The notes below the pieces were generated by a model, which worked only from the letters and a program-made list of their open reading frames with translations, made no database searches and was not told where the DNA came from. Shown in pieces: positions 44,376 to 53,844 of a DNA stretch of 64,000 nt. A program made the position numbers and the translations under genes. Positions within the stretch are counted from its first letter, which is position 1. Each line of letters begins with the position of its first letter. The stretch is from an uncultured Gemmatimonadales bacterium (GTDB lineage: Bacteria > Gemmatimonadota > Gemmatimonadetes > Longimicrobiales > RSA9), in the NCBI GenBank assembly GCA_963783305.1, contig CAWAMW010000002.1:480001-544000 (forward strand). Direction: 5' to 3'.

Positions 44376-46487
44376 CTAGTTCACCTTCAGCGCTTCGAGC
44401 ACGGACTCCCAGACCACTTCTGCCCACGTGGACACCTGCATGTCCGACACCGCGCCCGCCTGGTAGCGCCGGCCGTCGATCACCGCGAAGGCGTGGAACC
44501 CGCGCCGGTCTTCGGCGTGGACGTAGACGAAGCCGAGAGTTCCCAGGTCGCCGACCGCCACCAGTCCGTCCTGCAGGTCGTCGCGAATCTGCTCGAACAG
44601 CTCACGGTCGGGCACCTGATCGTAGACCTGCTGGAGGCTGAGCTTCCGGTTCGAGGTCTCGGTGATCATCGGAACGTGGCTCGCTGCCTCCAGGAGCTTG
44701 CCGGCGTTCGCGTCGGAGAGGATCCGACGGCTGATGCTCTTGCTGTAGAGGGTGGCGCCGAAGATGGGGTCCTTGATGGTGATCGTGGCGCGGAAGATCT
44801 TCCTCGCCGCCACGTCCCGTAGCGCGCTCTCGATGGCGGCCCGGGTGGCGGCGTTGTCGGTGGCTCGCTGCGCCTCCGTCTTCAACCGGGCCAGGGCGGC
44901 GTAGTAGGGCGCCGTCTTCTTGTCGACCTCATTCTTCAGCGTGCCGTAGTAGACCTTGCCCCGGTGCGGGTTGAGCTCCGCCGCCACCGCGTCATCGAGC
45001 GCCTTGCGGGCGGCGTCCGCGATCCCGGGCAGCTGGGTACGGACGCCCCGAAGGCTGAGCTCGAACTCGTAGTCGGCGGTGGCCTCCTCGAGGTCCTCCC
45101 ACGCCGCCTGCGCGGAATCGATGCGCGGCAGGACCTCGTCGTTGATGTTGGTCGTCACCGCTTCCGTCAGCGACGAGGGGTAGTCCAGCGTGGCCACGGT
45201 GGAATCCACCGTCACGAGCGCTGAGACGCCGAAGGTGTCCGCGGCGCTCAGAATACTGCCGCTCACCCCGAACGCTTCGTCGCTCAGCGACACCGCGCCA
45301 CCCATCCCGACCACTCCAGCCGGGAACTCCCAGCCGTACTGGCCGGCCAGCCCCACCTCGAAGCGCCCCTCATCGGTGACGAACGCCTCCACGTCCAGAG
45401 TGCTCGCGGGCTTTGCCGGGCTGAACGACGGGTACCACGAGAAATCGCGCGTGGATACGCCGACGCCATAGGCGTGTCCTTTCAGCCCCTCCGCCGTGCT
45501 CGCGTCGGCGAAGATCCCGCCGCTCCCGTCGGCCACGGGAATGACGATCCCGCCGACATCCTTGATGGACAGGTCCAGATCGAACTGGCCGTTCCACCCC
45601 TGCTGGAAGCCGGCACGCAGCTCAGAGGCGAACGGGTCCTCCTCCGCCAGGTGGAGCTCGGTGTAGTTGTTGTCCACGGTCTCCCCCGTGATCGAGAAGA
45701 CCTTGAAGATCGGGAACGTGCCGGTGCGGATGGTCTTGCCCTGGAACGACCCCAGCTCCGACACGGGCCGGTTTGGCTCGAACGGGATACGACCATTGAG
45801 CGACCAGCCCATCCCGGCCGCGCCGATCAGGTCCTGCTCACCATAGATGAAGTACATGGGATCGTCGTAGTCGATGATCTCCACGATGCGGCCGCCCACG
45901 GGGAGCTTGACGGTGATCGGCCGGGTCGCCTCATCGCCCGTCTCGCCGGTGGCGATGTCCATCCCCACCGAGACCCCCACGTCGAAGACGAAGTAGTCCT
46001 GGTCGTCGCGTAGGAGGATCCCCAGCTCGCGCTCCTCGTTCAGGTAGGAGCCCCGGAAGAATCCGACATCGGCCTTCACCGGGTCGTGGAACCGGACCCG
46101 CGGGTGCGGCGATGGGATCCGAGCGGTGCCGCTGATGGCGACCACGCGGTTCTGGTCGTCGAAGCGCACCCTCAGATCGGCATCGAGGAAGGTGACGCTC
46201 GTGGTGTCGCTCGTCCTCAGCCCCAGAGCGCCAGAGACCGTGTACCCGTCGGAGGTCTCCGTCACCGTGCCGTCCGGCGACAGCTCCGAGCGCGTGAGGT
46301 TCGTGGCCGGGTAGACCGCGGCGGTGTCCTCGGGAGGGAGATCTCCATCGCCGGTCGGGCCTTCGGGGCCGGTGGGGCCGTCACCACAGGCGGCCGGGGC
46401 AATGAGGAGGGCAAGGAGCAAGTGGAGCGGACGACGGGCTTCGCTCCCTCGGATACCTCGGCGCGTAGCGTTCAGGGAGGCGATCAT
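44376..46487 (-). CDS. Large hypothetical lipoprotein
   Basis: Lipobox-like PAAC, beta-rich N part, helical C part; 703 aa. Confidence 0.75.
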   Translation of the reverse strand: MIASLNATRRGIRGSEARRPLHLLLALLIAPAACGDGPTGPEGPTGDGDLPPEDTAAVYPATNLTRSELSPDGTVTETSDGYTVSGALGLRTSDTTSVTFLDADLRVRFDDQNRVVAISGTARIPSPHPRVRFHDPVKADVGFFRGSYLNEERELGILLRDDQDYFVFDVGVSVGMDIATGETGDEATRPITVKLPVGGRIVEIIDYDDPMYFIYGEQDLIGAAGMGWSLNGRIPFEPNRPVSELGSFQGKTIRTGTFPIFKVFSITGETVDNNYTELHLAEEDPFASELRAGFQQGWNGQFDLDLSIKDVGGIVIPVADGSGGIFADASTAEGLKGHAYGVGVSTRDFSWYPSFSPAKPASTLDVEAFVTDEGRFEVGLAGQYGWEFPAGVVGMGGAVSLSDEAFGVSGSILSAADTFGVSALVTVDSTVATLDYPSSLTEAVTTNINDEVLPRIDSAQAAWEDLEEATADYEFELSLRGVRTQLPGIADAARKALDDAVAAELNPHRGKVYYGTLKNEVDKKTAPYYAALARLKTEAQRATDNAATRAAIESALRDVAARKIFRATITIKDPIFGATLYSKSISRRILSDANAGKLLEAASHVPMITETSNRKLSLQQVYDQVPDRELFEQIRDDLQDGLVAVGDLGTLGFVYVHAEDRRGFHAFAVIDGRRYQAGAVSDMQVSTWAEVVWESVLEALKVN

Positions 46488-46648
46488 CGGATCCTCCGGC
46501 TTTGGGGGGGCTTCGGGCGATGGATTCGCCCTTCACCCTGTAGAGCGTAAGATCGATGGGAGCTCCCTCACGGCTCCGGGCGGCCCCCGTTCTGAGCTGC
46601 CGGGCATGCTCCGCGGGACGGGGCGGCCTGCGGCTGTAGGACGACGCC

Positions 46649-47449
46649 TCAGCCGAACAGCCGGCGCGCCGCCTTGTCGATCCGCTCCAGGACCCGCACG
46701 CCTCGCAGCAGCCACGGGTGACGGGTCGGCCGGGAGAGGATGACGCGGGCGAGCACCGCCGCCTGGTCGTCCAGGGCCCGGCGGAGGAGTGTCCGCTCGG
46801 CGCTGGAGCGTGAGCCGGTAATGGCGACGGCGAATCCCCAGGCGTGGTCCCGCGCCTTCGGGATGCTGAAGGCGGTGAGCTCGTCATCGAGGGTGCCGGC
46901 GGCACGGTCCAGTCGATTGAGCAGGGGCGCGTACATCGTTCCGACGCTCTCCTTGAGCTCGGCCGTGGCGCGCCCGAGCACCTCGTTCACCCGCGTGTGG
47001 TCGGCATAACGCGTGGCGCGATCGGGGTCGATGCCAACCTCGCCGAGGGCCACCGCCAGGTCGTGGTTGATATGAGCGTTGATGCCGAGGACGAGGTGCT
47101 GGATGACCAGCCCGGTGCCGTCGCGGGCCGCATCGAAGGCGATGCGCCACGCCTTCGGGACGGCCGGTCGGTCGCCGAGCTCGTACGCGAGCAACGCTCG
47201 CCGGTAGAGGTTGGCGAAGCAGACCAGATACCGGGCCATCCAGTCCGGATCACGAAAGCCGGCGGTCTCCATCTCGGAGTCCAGGGCGCGTGTGATCCGG
47301 AGGTACGCCGTGCAGAAGATGCCGCGGCGGTCCCGTCGCGGCAGGCAGTAGGCTTCGACCGCTTCCAGGCTCGCCGCGACCTCGGCCGTCGTCGCGTACT
47401 CCGCCTCGAGCAGCGCGCGCAGGCCGTCACCGGATCCGGCGTCGGTCAA
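46649..47449 (-). CDS. DUF5995-like protein
   Basis: F...YLRIT, F.DP.W, FANLY, W..AF, LGINAHINHDL; TTG start after GAGGAGG. Confidence 0.75.
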   Translation of the reverse strand: MTDAGSGDGLRALLEAEYATTAEVAASLEAVEAYCLPRRDRRGIFCTAYLRITRALDSEMETAGFRDPDWMARYLVCFANLYRRALLAYELGDRPAVPKAWRIAFDAARDGTGLVIQHLVLGINAHINHDLAVALGEVGIDPDRATRYADHTRVNEVLGRATAELKESVGTMYAPLLNRLDRAAGTLDDELTAFSIPKARDHAWGFAVAITGSRSSAERTLLRRALDDQAAVLARVILSRPTRHPWLLRGVRVLERIDKAARRLFG

Positions 47450-47715
47450 TGGGAGTCCCTCCTCGGCATTGGAGACGTGGGCGGTCGGGGCGAGAGTGGC
47501 GGTGGACCCGGTGAACGTGTGCGGCCGCGAGCGCAAAGTCCAGGCAGGCGTGCCAGGGGCGGCCGCTGATCGTACGGTTCGGGGCCGCGCCGGCGAGCCC
47601 ACTCCTGCCGAACCGCGCGGCCATGAGGGCGAGCCCCCGTTTTCCCCGCTATACCGGATGTAGGCACCCCCGTGGCGGGCCCGCCGCCGCGGAGCCATCC
47701 GACCAGGGAGGAAGC

Positions 47716-48720
47716 ATGGAAATCACGCGCACCGCCACCGCACGGCCCCCCCGAGGGCTGCAGTCGACCGAACCCGTTCCCGGGCGAGCGTCCACCCCGG
47801 CGCCTCGCCCGTTCCGCCGCGCAGGGTGCCTGCTGGCGCTGGCGTCGTTCGCCGCCGGGTGTGCTGGCGATGGCGGCACGGGGCCCGCCGAGCAGACGCT
47901 GGACCCCGGGAGCCTGACGGCTTCCGCCGCGGATGGCGAGCCGGGGCAGCCCACGGACCTGGTGGTGGAGGCGCGGGATACCGAGGGTCGGCCCTTCATG
48001 GGACCGCTTCCGGGTCTCCAGCTGGAGGTCCGTGGCACGAACCGCGGGACCGTCACCGACGCGGTCGCCGGCGGAGACGGGTCCTTCACGCTGTCGTATA
48101 CGCCGGCGGAGATCGGCTTCGACACGCTGGTTGCGACGCTCGACGGCTCGACCATCGCCGGGACCCCTGTCGCCTCGCGCGTCCGGACCGTCTGGGTGGC
48201 CGCCTCCGGTACGGCGGGAATCGACGGAGTGGCGTCACCCGGGGAGTGGGACGCGGCGGAGGAGTACACCGTTTTCGGCGGTCCGACGCTGACCGGCACC
48301 ACCGTGCGGTTCATGGCTGATGCCGCGAACCTGTACATCCTCGTCAGCTACCCGGATTCCGTGAACAGTGTCGGTGTTCGCTTCGACAACACCCTCGACC
48401 TGGTGCTGGACGGGGACGATCTGATCGGCGGCGGCACCTCTGGCCTCGGCGACCGGGTGTTCGAGGGCGGCAGCTATGTCCGTGACGATGTGGAGCACGG
48501 GGAGGCCGCGGGTACGGTCACGTCGAGCTCCGCCATCCACGAGCTGAGCCATCCGCTCGACTCGGGCGACCCGCAGGACATCGCGGTGGGCGCGGGTGCT
48601 CGCCTCGGGGTGTGTCTGGGTGCCGGGATCGGCGGGACGGCAGGCGACATCTCGGCGCCCGGTGCCTGCATCCTCATCTTCACCCAGCAGGAGCGGTACG
48701 CGGAGCTTCAGCTCCCCTGA
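47716..48720 (+). CDS. Lipoprotein with Ig-like and DOMON/CBM9-like domains
   Basis: AAGC lipobox; GDGSFTLSYTP; IDG...PGEWD.A...D..NLYI. Confidence 0.65.
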   Translation: MEITRTATARPPRGLQSTEPVPGRASTPAPRPFRRAGCLLALASFAAGCAGDGGTGPAEQTLDPGSLTASAADGEPGQPTDLVVEARDTEGRPFMGPLPGLQLEVRGTNRGTVTDAVAGGDGSFTLSYTPAEIGFDTLVATLDGSTIAGTPVASRVRTVWVAASGTAGIDGVASPGEWDAAEEYTVFGGPTLTGTTVRFMADAANLYILVSYPDSVNSVGVRFDNTLDLVLDGDDLIGGGTSGLGDRVFEGGSYVRDDVEHGEAAGTVTSSSAIHELSHPLDSGDPQDIAVGAGARLGVCLGAGIGGTAGDISAPGACILIFTQQERYAELQLP

Positions 48721-48851
48721 TCCATCAGCGGCGCCTGCCTCCCGGAGGAACGCCCGTCGTTCCTCCGGGGGGTCCTCCGCGGGCGCTCGGATACGCGGGC
48801 GAAAAGCTCCTCGACGCCGCCCGGCGCCCCGGGCGGCAGCCGCGCGGTCAT
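48708..48851 (-). pseudogene. Remnant of a Ser/Thr kinase N-terminus
   Basis: ATG overlaps the ECF stop; VEELFARVSERP then, after a frameshift, PPEERRAFLREA, resembling the VEALFEEAMARPAAQRAAFL start of the kinase at 41387. Confidence 0.6.
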
Positions 48852-49459
48852 GCCTCCGCCTCCGACAGCGCCCGCGCCAGCCACGCCCGCGCCATCCGCA
48901 GGTCGCGATCCACCGTCGCCTCCGAGATTCCGACGGCTTCCGCGATCTCGCGGTAGGTCAGACCGCCGAACACGTGCGCCTCCATCACCCGGGCCTTCCG
49001 GGGGTCCTGCTCTTCCAGGTCCCGGAGCGCCTGGTCCAGGGCGATGATCTCCACCGTGTCCCCGCGCTCGGCGGCCGGATCGACGCCCGTCCGGTCGAGC
49101 GAAACGATCTCCACTCCCGCTCCCCTTCGCTCGGCGCTCCGTGCGCGGGCGTGGTCCACGAGGACCCGTCGCATGGTGGTGGCGGCCAGGGCGAAGAAGT
49201 GGGCGCGATCCTGCCACTCCACCTCCGACCCCACCAGCCGTACGTACGCCTCGTGGACGAGCGCCGTAGCCTCGAGAGTGTGGCCAGCGCGCTCCCGTCC
49301 CAGCCGCCGCCGCGCCACTACCCGCAGCTCGTCGTACACGATGGGCAGGAGCAGGTCGAGGGCGGAGCGGTCTCCATCGCTCCAGCGGTGCAGCAGGCCG
49401 GTGACCTCGTGGGTCCCGACGCGATGGCCTTCTCCGGGGGGGGCGGTGTCGCCATCCAT
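48848..49459 (-). CDS. ECF sigma factor (TIGR02999-type, usually kinase-associated)
   Basis: VTGLLHRW..GD..A...L...VYDELR, HTLEATALVHEAY, DRAHFF, TVDRDLRMARAWL. Confidence 0.92.
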   Translation of the reverse strand: MDGDTAPPGEGHRVGTHEVTGLLHRWSDGDRSALDLLLPIVYDELRVVARRRLGRERAGHTLEATALVHEAYVRLVGSEVEWQDRAHFFALAATTMRRVLVDHARARSAERRGAGVEIVSLDRTGVDPAAERGDTVEIIALDQALRDLEEQDPRKARVMEAHVFGGLTYREIAEAVGISEATVDRDLRMARAWLARALSEAEA

Positions 49460-49643
49460 GGGCCCAAGGTGCACTCCGACGCCCGGCGCGTCCAGCAATA
49501 TCTCGGCGGACGCGCCGCCCCGACTGTAGAGCGGAAGACATGGAGGAGATCCCTCAGCCTTCGGGCCGCGGCCGTCCGGGACTGCCGGAGGGTGGGATCG
49601 ATGGCGACGTGGTGAGGTCCGGGAGTCGCGTGCCCGCGGCGCT

Positions 49644-50417
49644 CTATTCCCGCACCGCGCAGTACCGGAGACTCTTGCGGGGCTTGCCCCGGCTCAGGTC
49701 CACCACGTCCACCACTCGGCCGCCGCCCTCCCGCACAGCCTCCTCCACCCGCGAGCGGGCCACGTAGTGCATTTCGTAGGGCTCCCGCCCCCGTAGCCGC
49801 TGCAGCGCCTGCCGGAGGTGGCGGCGGTTGAGGGTGTAGAGCCAGCCCCGGGGCCCGGCGAAGCGGAACCGGGGGCCGTTCCGTGTCTGGAGCACCGCCA
49901 CCCCACCCGGCCGCAGCACGCGCATGAACTCCCGGATGTAGGAGAGCTGCGCGCGTGGCGGGATGTGCTGGAGTACCTTGTTCGTGTAGACGAAATCGAA
50001 CGAGCCGTCCTCGAACAGGGCGAGGTCCGGGCGCGTGTTCAAGCAATACTGGACGCGATCCCCGTGGCGGTTGTGCTCGCGCGCCGCTTCGATCATGCCC
50101 TCCGCGATGTCGACGCCGACCACGTCCTCGAAATGGTCGCCGAGGGCCTGCGTGAGCCGGCCGATGGCGCAGCCGAAGTCGAGTGCGCGAGAGCGCCCCG
50201 GCTCCAGCTCGAGTGCGTCCACGTACTCCAGGACGCTGGCGATCTCGTCGCGGCCCACCGCGAAGAACTCGTCAGGGTCCCAGCCCCGATTCTCACGCCC
50301 GGACCGGGTGAGCGCCGCGTACATGGGATCGCGGCGGGCGAACTCCTCGAACGCCTTCTTCACGGGGCCGAGCTCTTCGGTCGCGCTCACGTCCACCTTT
50401 TTCCCGCTCCGAGGCAT
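49644..50417 (-). CDS. Class I SAM-dependent methyltransferase
   Basis: ALDFGCAIGRL, GVDI, SFDFVY, VLQH, RVLRPGG. Confidence 0.88.
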   Translation of the reverse strand: MPRSGKKVDVSATEELGPVKKAFEEFARRDPMYAALTRSGRENRGWDPDEFFAVGRDEIASVLEYVDALELEPGRSRALDFGCAIGRLTQALGDHFEDVVGVDIAEGMIEAAREHNRHGDRVQYCLNTRPDLALFEDGSFDFVYTNKVLQHIPPRAQLSYIREFMRVLRPGGVAVLQTRNGPRFRFAGPRGWLYTLNRRHLRQALQRLRGREPYEMHYVARSRVEEAVREGGGRVVDVVDLSRGKPRKSLRYCAVRE

Positions 50418-50552
50418 GAAATCCAGACACCCTTTCGGGCACGTTCGGCAGCATAGCCCGCGGCGGATCGGCGGGTCAAGGCGCCCGCCCCGCTGGCCAC
50501 CGCCCGCGCCCGGCGGTTATTGGACCGCGAAGGAACCGCCAGGAAGAGAGAG

Positions 50553-51600
50553 TCAGCGGGCGGCCGGATCCCACGCCGCGGCGCCACCGTAGAACCGGGC
50601 CATCTCGCGCAGCGCCCGCTCCACGAGCTCCGGGGCCGGCCAGTCGGCGCTCTTCCGGATGTCGTCGAGCTTGTAGCGCTGGACGTACATCGGCCAGACC
50701 ACCAGGACGTCATCCCCCACGATCAGGGCGTGATTGACGTAGCTCGAGACCACCACGGGGCGGGTCTCCTCCAGCGGGCCGAAGAGGTTCACGCCGTTGC
50801 TGTACTCTTCCGGCGCACCTCCGCAGCCTCGGTCACGGCTGACCCGGCGCGGTGTCGCAGGAGACATCGGCCAGGGGGTACACGAGGGAGCGCCGTTCGC
50901 CATCGGTGCCGTCCGCCTCCCGGATGATGCCCAGCTGCCCACCGTACTTCTGCGCGTTCTGATGCGACGTGACGGGGTAGTAGAAGGGGAGCTCGGGAGT
51001 GATCGATGTGATCCGGACGTCGTTCGCCTCGTAGGCAGCGATATGAAGCGTCTGGCTCGCCGTGAAGGCCAGAACGGCCACCGCCGCCAGCCCGATCGCC
51101 CACGGCTTCCGGACCCGCACCCGACCCGCCAGCCGGAAGACCCACCACTCGAGGGCGATGACCACGGCCAGCAGCGCCAGCGCCGCGACCACTTCCATTA
51201 CGCCTATCCCCACCCCACCGAAGGTCGTGAACAGGTACTGCAGCCAGAACGCGTCGATGTGCATCCTGAACACCCGGTACATCAGGCCCTCCAGGACGAA
51301 GTAGTAGAGGACGAGCGCCAGCAGAGCGCCGCTCGCGCCCACGAACAGGCGCACGCGGACGCCGAGCGCCAGCAGCAGCGCGGCCAGGAGCACGAGGAGG
51401 ATCAGGACGTAGTAGCCCAGGAAGACCAGCCCCACGTACACACCGCCGAGACCGCTCCAGTTCAGTCCCTCCGGGTACCGGCTGAGCGCCGCCACGAGGA
51501 ACGGGATGTTGAAAAGGAGCGCGACGACCACCAGGCCGTACGCTCTGATGCGGGCCGCGAGGACGCGACGTATGCGGGCAAGGATCTCGGAGCTGCTCAT
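50553..51600 (-). pseudogene. YejM/DUF3413-like membrane sulfatase with the catalytic core deleted
   Basis: N-terminal TM domain and LPFYYPVT...LVYP linker stop at 50833; an out-of-frame C-terminal piece GC..PEEYSNG.NLF...REMARFY ends at 50553. Confidence 0.65.
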
Positions 51601-51731
51601 TGCTGTCTGGAGCGGGTTACACCCGACTCGAGCCCAGGTGCCGCCGCGGGAGGATCGAACGCGAAAGGGGCGAGCCGCCCTCGGGCAGCCCGCCCCCGTT
51701 CACGTCGAGCGAACTCAGTGGATGCGACGCG

Positions 51732-52250
51732 TCAGACGTCTTCCCCCGGCCGGCGCCGCCGCGCGACTGCCGCAACCCCGAACAGCCCGGTGGCGAGGAG
51801 CAGGAGCGATGCCGGCTCCGGCACGGCCGTCCCCACCTGCGCGGCGGCGAACACGCCCTGGTTCAGCCCTGTGACGAACAGCTGCGAAGTGACGTTCGCC
51901 ACCGCCGCCATGGAAAGGAGGTTGTTCCCGTTGTTCGCGTAGATCGTGGAGACGCCGTTGAAGAGGATGCCGCCAAACGGTCCCTGGCTCGCGAACGCCG
52001 TGGTGTTCACGTCCCCGGTGACGCTGTTGTACGATGTCCCCTGCATCTCGATGCCGAAGGCACTCAGGAAGACATTGTTGTAGGCGGCCTCGACCGCGGA
52101 TCCGCCCGTGCCGGTCCCGCCGATCGCCAGCACGTTCCCGCCGCCCTGGACGTAGCTTGCCAGAGCACCGCCGGTGGCGGTCAGGTTCGAATTGCCCCCC
52201 GTGAACACGGCATCATAGCCGGCGAAGCTCGCGGCACTCGATGTCCTAGA
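51732..52250 (-). pseudogene. PEP-CTERM protein, N-terminally truncated
   Basis: VPEPASLLLLATGLFGVAAVARRRR; the frame is open to a stop at 52251-52253 with no signal peptide. Confidence 0.7.
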
Positions 52251-52335
52251 TCACCGCAGTCCTTCCTGATCCTCGGGGGCGCCAATGCGGCCACCCACGT
52301 CCGGCGGCCCCACATCCGGGAGAGGCATGAGAGGC

Positions 52336-52737
52336 ATGAGTGAGACGGACACACCGGTCCCCCGCGGACTGCGCATCGCGTTCCTGCTGAACGCCGTCAT
52401 CGCCGGGATCGTGGGCGCCCAGCACCTGCTCGCGCCGCGAGTGTGGACCGATCTCGCCGGGATCGCAGTGGACGACACCGGCCTGTGGCGCCTCATCGGA
52501 GCGGCCGTGCTCGGCTACGGCGTCGTCGCCGGCCTGGCCTGGCGGCGGGGAGCCTGGGCGCAGGTCCGGATCGTCGTGACGATGCAGGCGGTCTGGTCGC
52601 TGGTCGGCGCGGCCGTGGTCGTGTGGGCGATCGTCTACGAGGATCTCCCACCGCTGGAGTGGCTGAATGCCGCGCTTCTGGCGGTATTCGGGGTCGTCTA
52701 CTCCTACTATCTCGTCTCCGGAGGCGACCGCTCGTGA
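52336..52737 (+). CDS. Hypothetical 4-TM membrane protein
   Basis: Hydrophobic ORF with GAGG RBS. Confidence 0.65.
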   Translation: MSETDTPVPRGLRIAFLLNAVIAGIVGAQHLLAPRVWTDLAGIAVDDTGLWRLIGAAVLGYGVVAGLAWRRGAWAQVRIVVTMQAVWSLVGAAVVVWAIVYEDLPPLEWLNAALLAVFGVVYSYYLVSGGDRS

Positions 52738-52817
52738 TCCTGGTGGACCGGACACAGCTCGCCCGGCCCGGCCCTTGCCCGGCGCTGGCCGGCCTCCCAC
52801 GTTGCCGGTGACAGAGC

Positions 52818-52869
52818 GGCGAAGGAGTTCGCCCGGACCCGCGGCCCCGAGCCGCTGATGACTCCTCCC
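52818..52869 (+). ncRNA. Fluoride riboswitch (crcB motif)
   Basis: GGCGAAGGAGTTCGCC...CCGC...GCTGATGACTCC directly upstream of crcB. Confidence 0.88.
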
Positions 52870-52899
52870 AGCGGCCGCGGCCGATCGGGAGGCTTTTTT
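52864..52899 (+). terminator. Intrinsic terminator forming the riboswitch expression platform
   Basis: CCTCCC...GGGAGG followed by CTTTTTT; overlaps the aptamer 3' end. Confidence 0.8.
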
Positions 52900-52910
52900 A
52901 TGGGGGTGCC

Positions 52911-53294
52911 ATGATCTGGCTGTACATCGCGGCGGGAGGAGCCGCCGGGGCGATGGCCCGGTACGGCCTCGCGGGCTGGGTGCAGGACCGGGCCGGGTTC
53001 CAGTTCCCCTGGGGGACGCTCCTGGTCAACGTCCTGGGCTCCGCTCTGATCGGGGCGGCGCTGCGCTACCTGGAAGCCGCGCCAGCGTCGGCGGAGGTCC
53101 GCGCGCTCGTGACCGTCGGGCTCCTCGGTGCGTTCACCACCTTCAGCACCTTCAGCTACGAGACGGTCGGCCTCCTCGAGGACGGCGCGTTCGGGAGAGC
53201 GGTGGGGTATTCCCTGGGAAGTGTGCTGCTCGGCGTCCTCGCCGTGTATGGCGGGATCGCCGCCGCTGGCATCATCATCCATGTGAGGGGGTGA
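52911..53294 (+). CDS. crcB: Fluoride channel FluC/CrcB
   Basis: GGAAGAMARY, FPWGTLLVNVLGS, GLLGAFTTFSTF. Confidence 0.95.
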   Translation: MIWLYIAAGGAAGAMARYGLAGWVQDRAGFQFPWGTLLVNVLGSALIGAALRYLEAAPASAEVRALVTVGLLGAFTTFSTFSYETVGLLEDGAFGRAVGYSLGSVLLGVLAVYGGIAAAGIIIHVRG

Positions 53295-53296
53295 CC

Positions 53297-53668
53297 ATGA
53301 CCCACAGGTTCGAGGGGGAGCGGACCCTCATGCGCATCTTCATCGGAGAGTCCGACCGCTGCCAGCACGGGCCCCACGAGGGCAAATCGCTCTACGAGGC
53401 GCTCCTGGGTCTCTTCCGCGAGCGCGGCTTCGCGGGCGCGACCGTGCTCCGGGGAATCGCCGGCTTCGGGGCTAGCGCGAAAGTCCACACGGACCGGATC
53501 CTCCGACTGTCGCTGGACCTGCCCATTGTCGTAGAGGTCGTGGATACCGAGGAGCGGATCCAGGGGATCATGCCGGAGCTCGACGGCATGATCGGCGGGG
53601 GACTGATCACTCTGGAACGCGCGCACGTGATCCTCTACCGGCCCGGTAGCGCAGGAGACAGCCCGTGA
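53297..53668 (+). CDS. DUF190 (PII-like) protein
   Basis: MRIFIGESD, GATVLRGIAGFG, LSLDLPIVVE.VD. Confidence 0.9.
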   Translation: MTHRFEGERTLMRIFIGESDRCQHGPHEGKSLYEALLGLFRERGFAGATVLRGIAGFGASAKVHTDRILRLSLDLPIVVEVVDTEERIQGIMPELDGMIGGGLITLERAHVILYRPGSAGDSP

Positions 53669-53844
53669 GGAACGGCCCGTACCCCCCGATTCCCGCACGG
53701 GTCCGAAAGAGGCACCCCGCCGGGGCGTACACGTGAGCTGGCGGTACTAGCGACGGGGGCGAGCCCTGCCCGCAGAGCGACCTCGCACGCGAGTTGCGCG
53801 ACCCAGGGTACAGGGCAGGAGCTCACCGCAACCACAGAACCGCC

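Noticed and set aside
52321..52338. 9-bp direct duplication AGAGGCATG at the start of the membrane protein gene as an insertion footprint
   Set aside because: Too short to distinguish from local slippage
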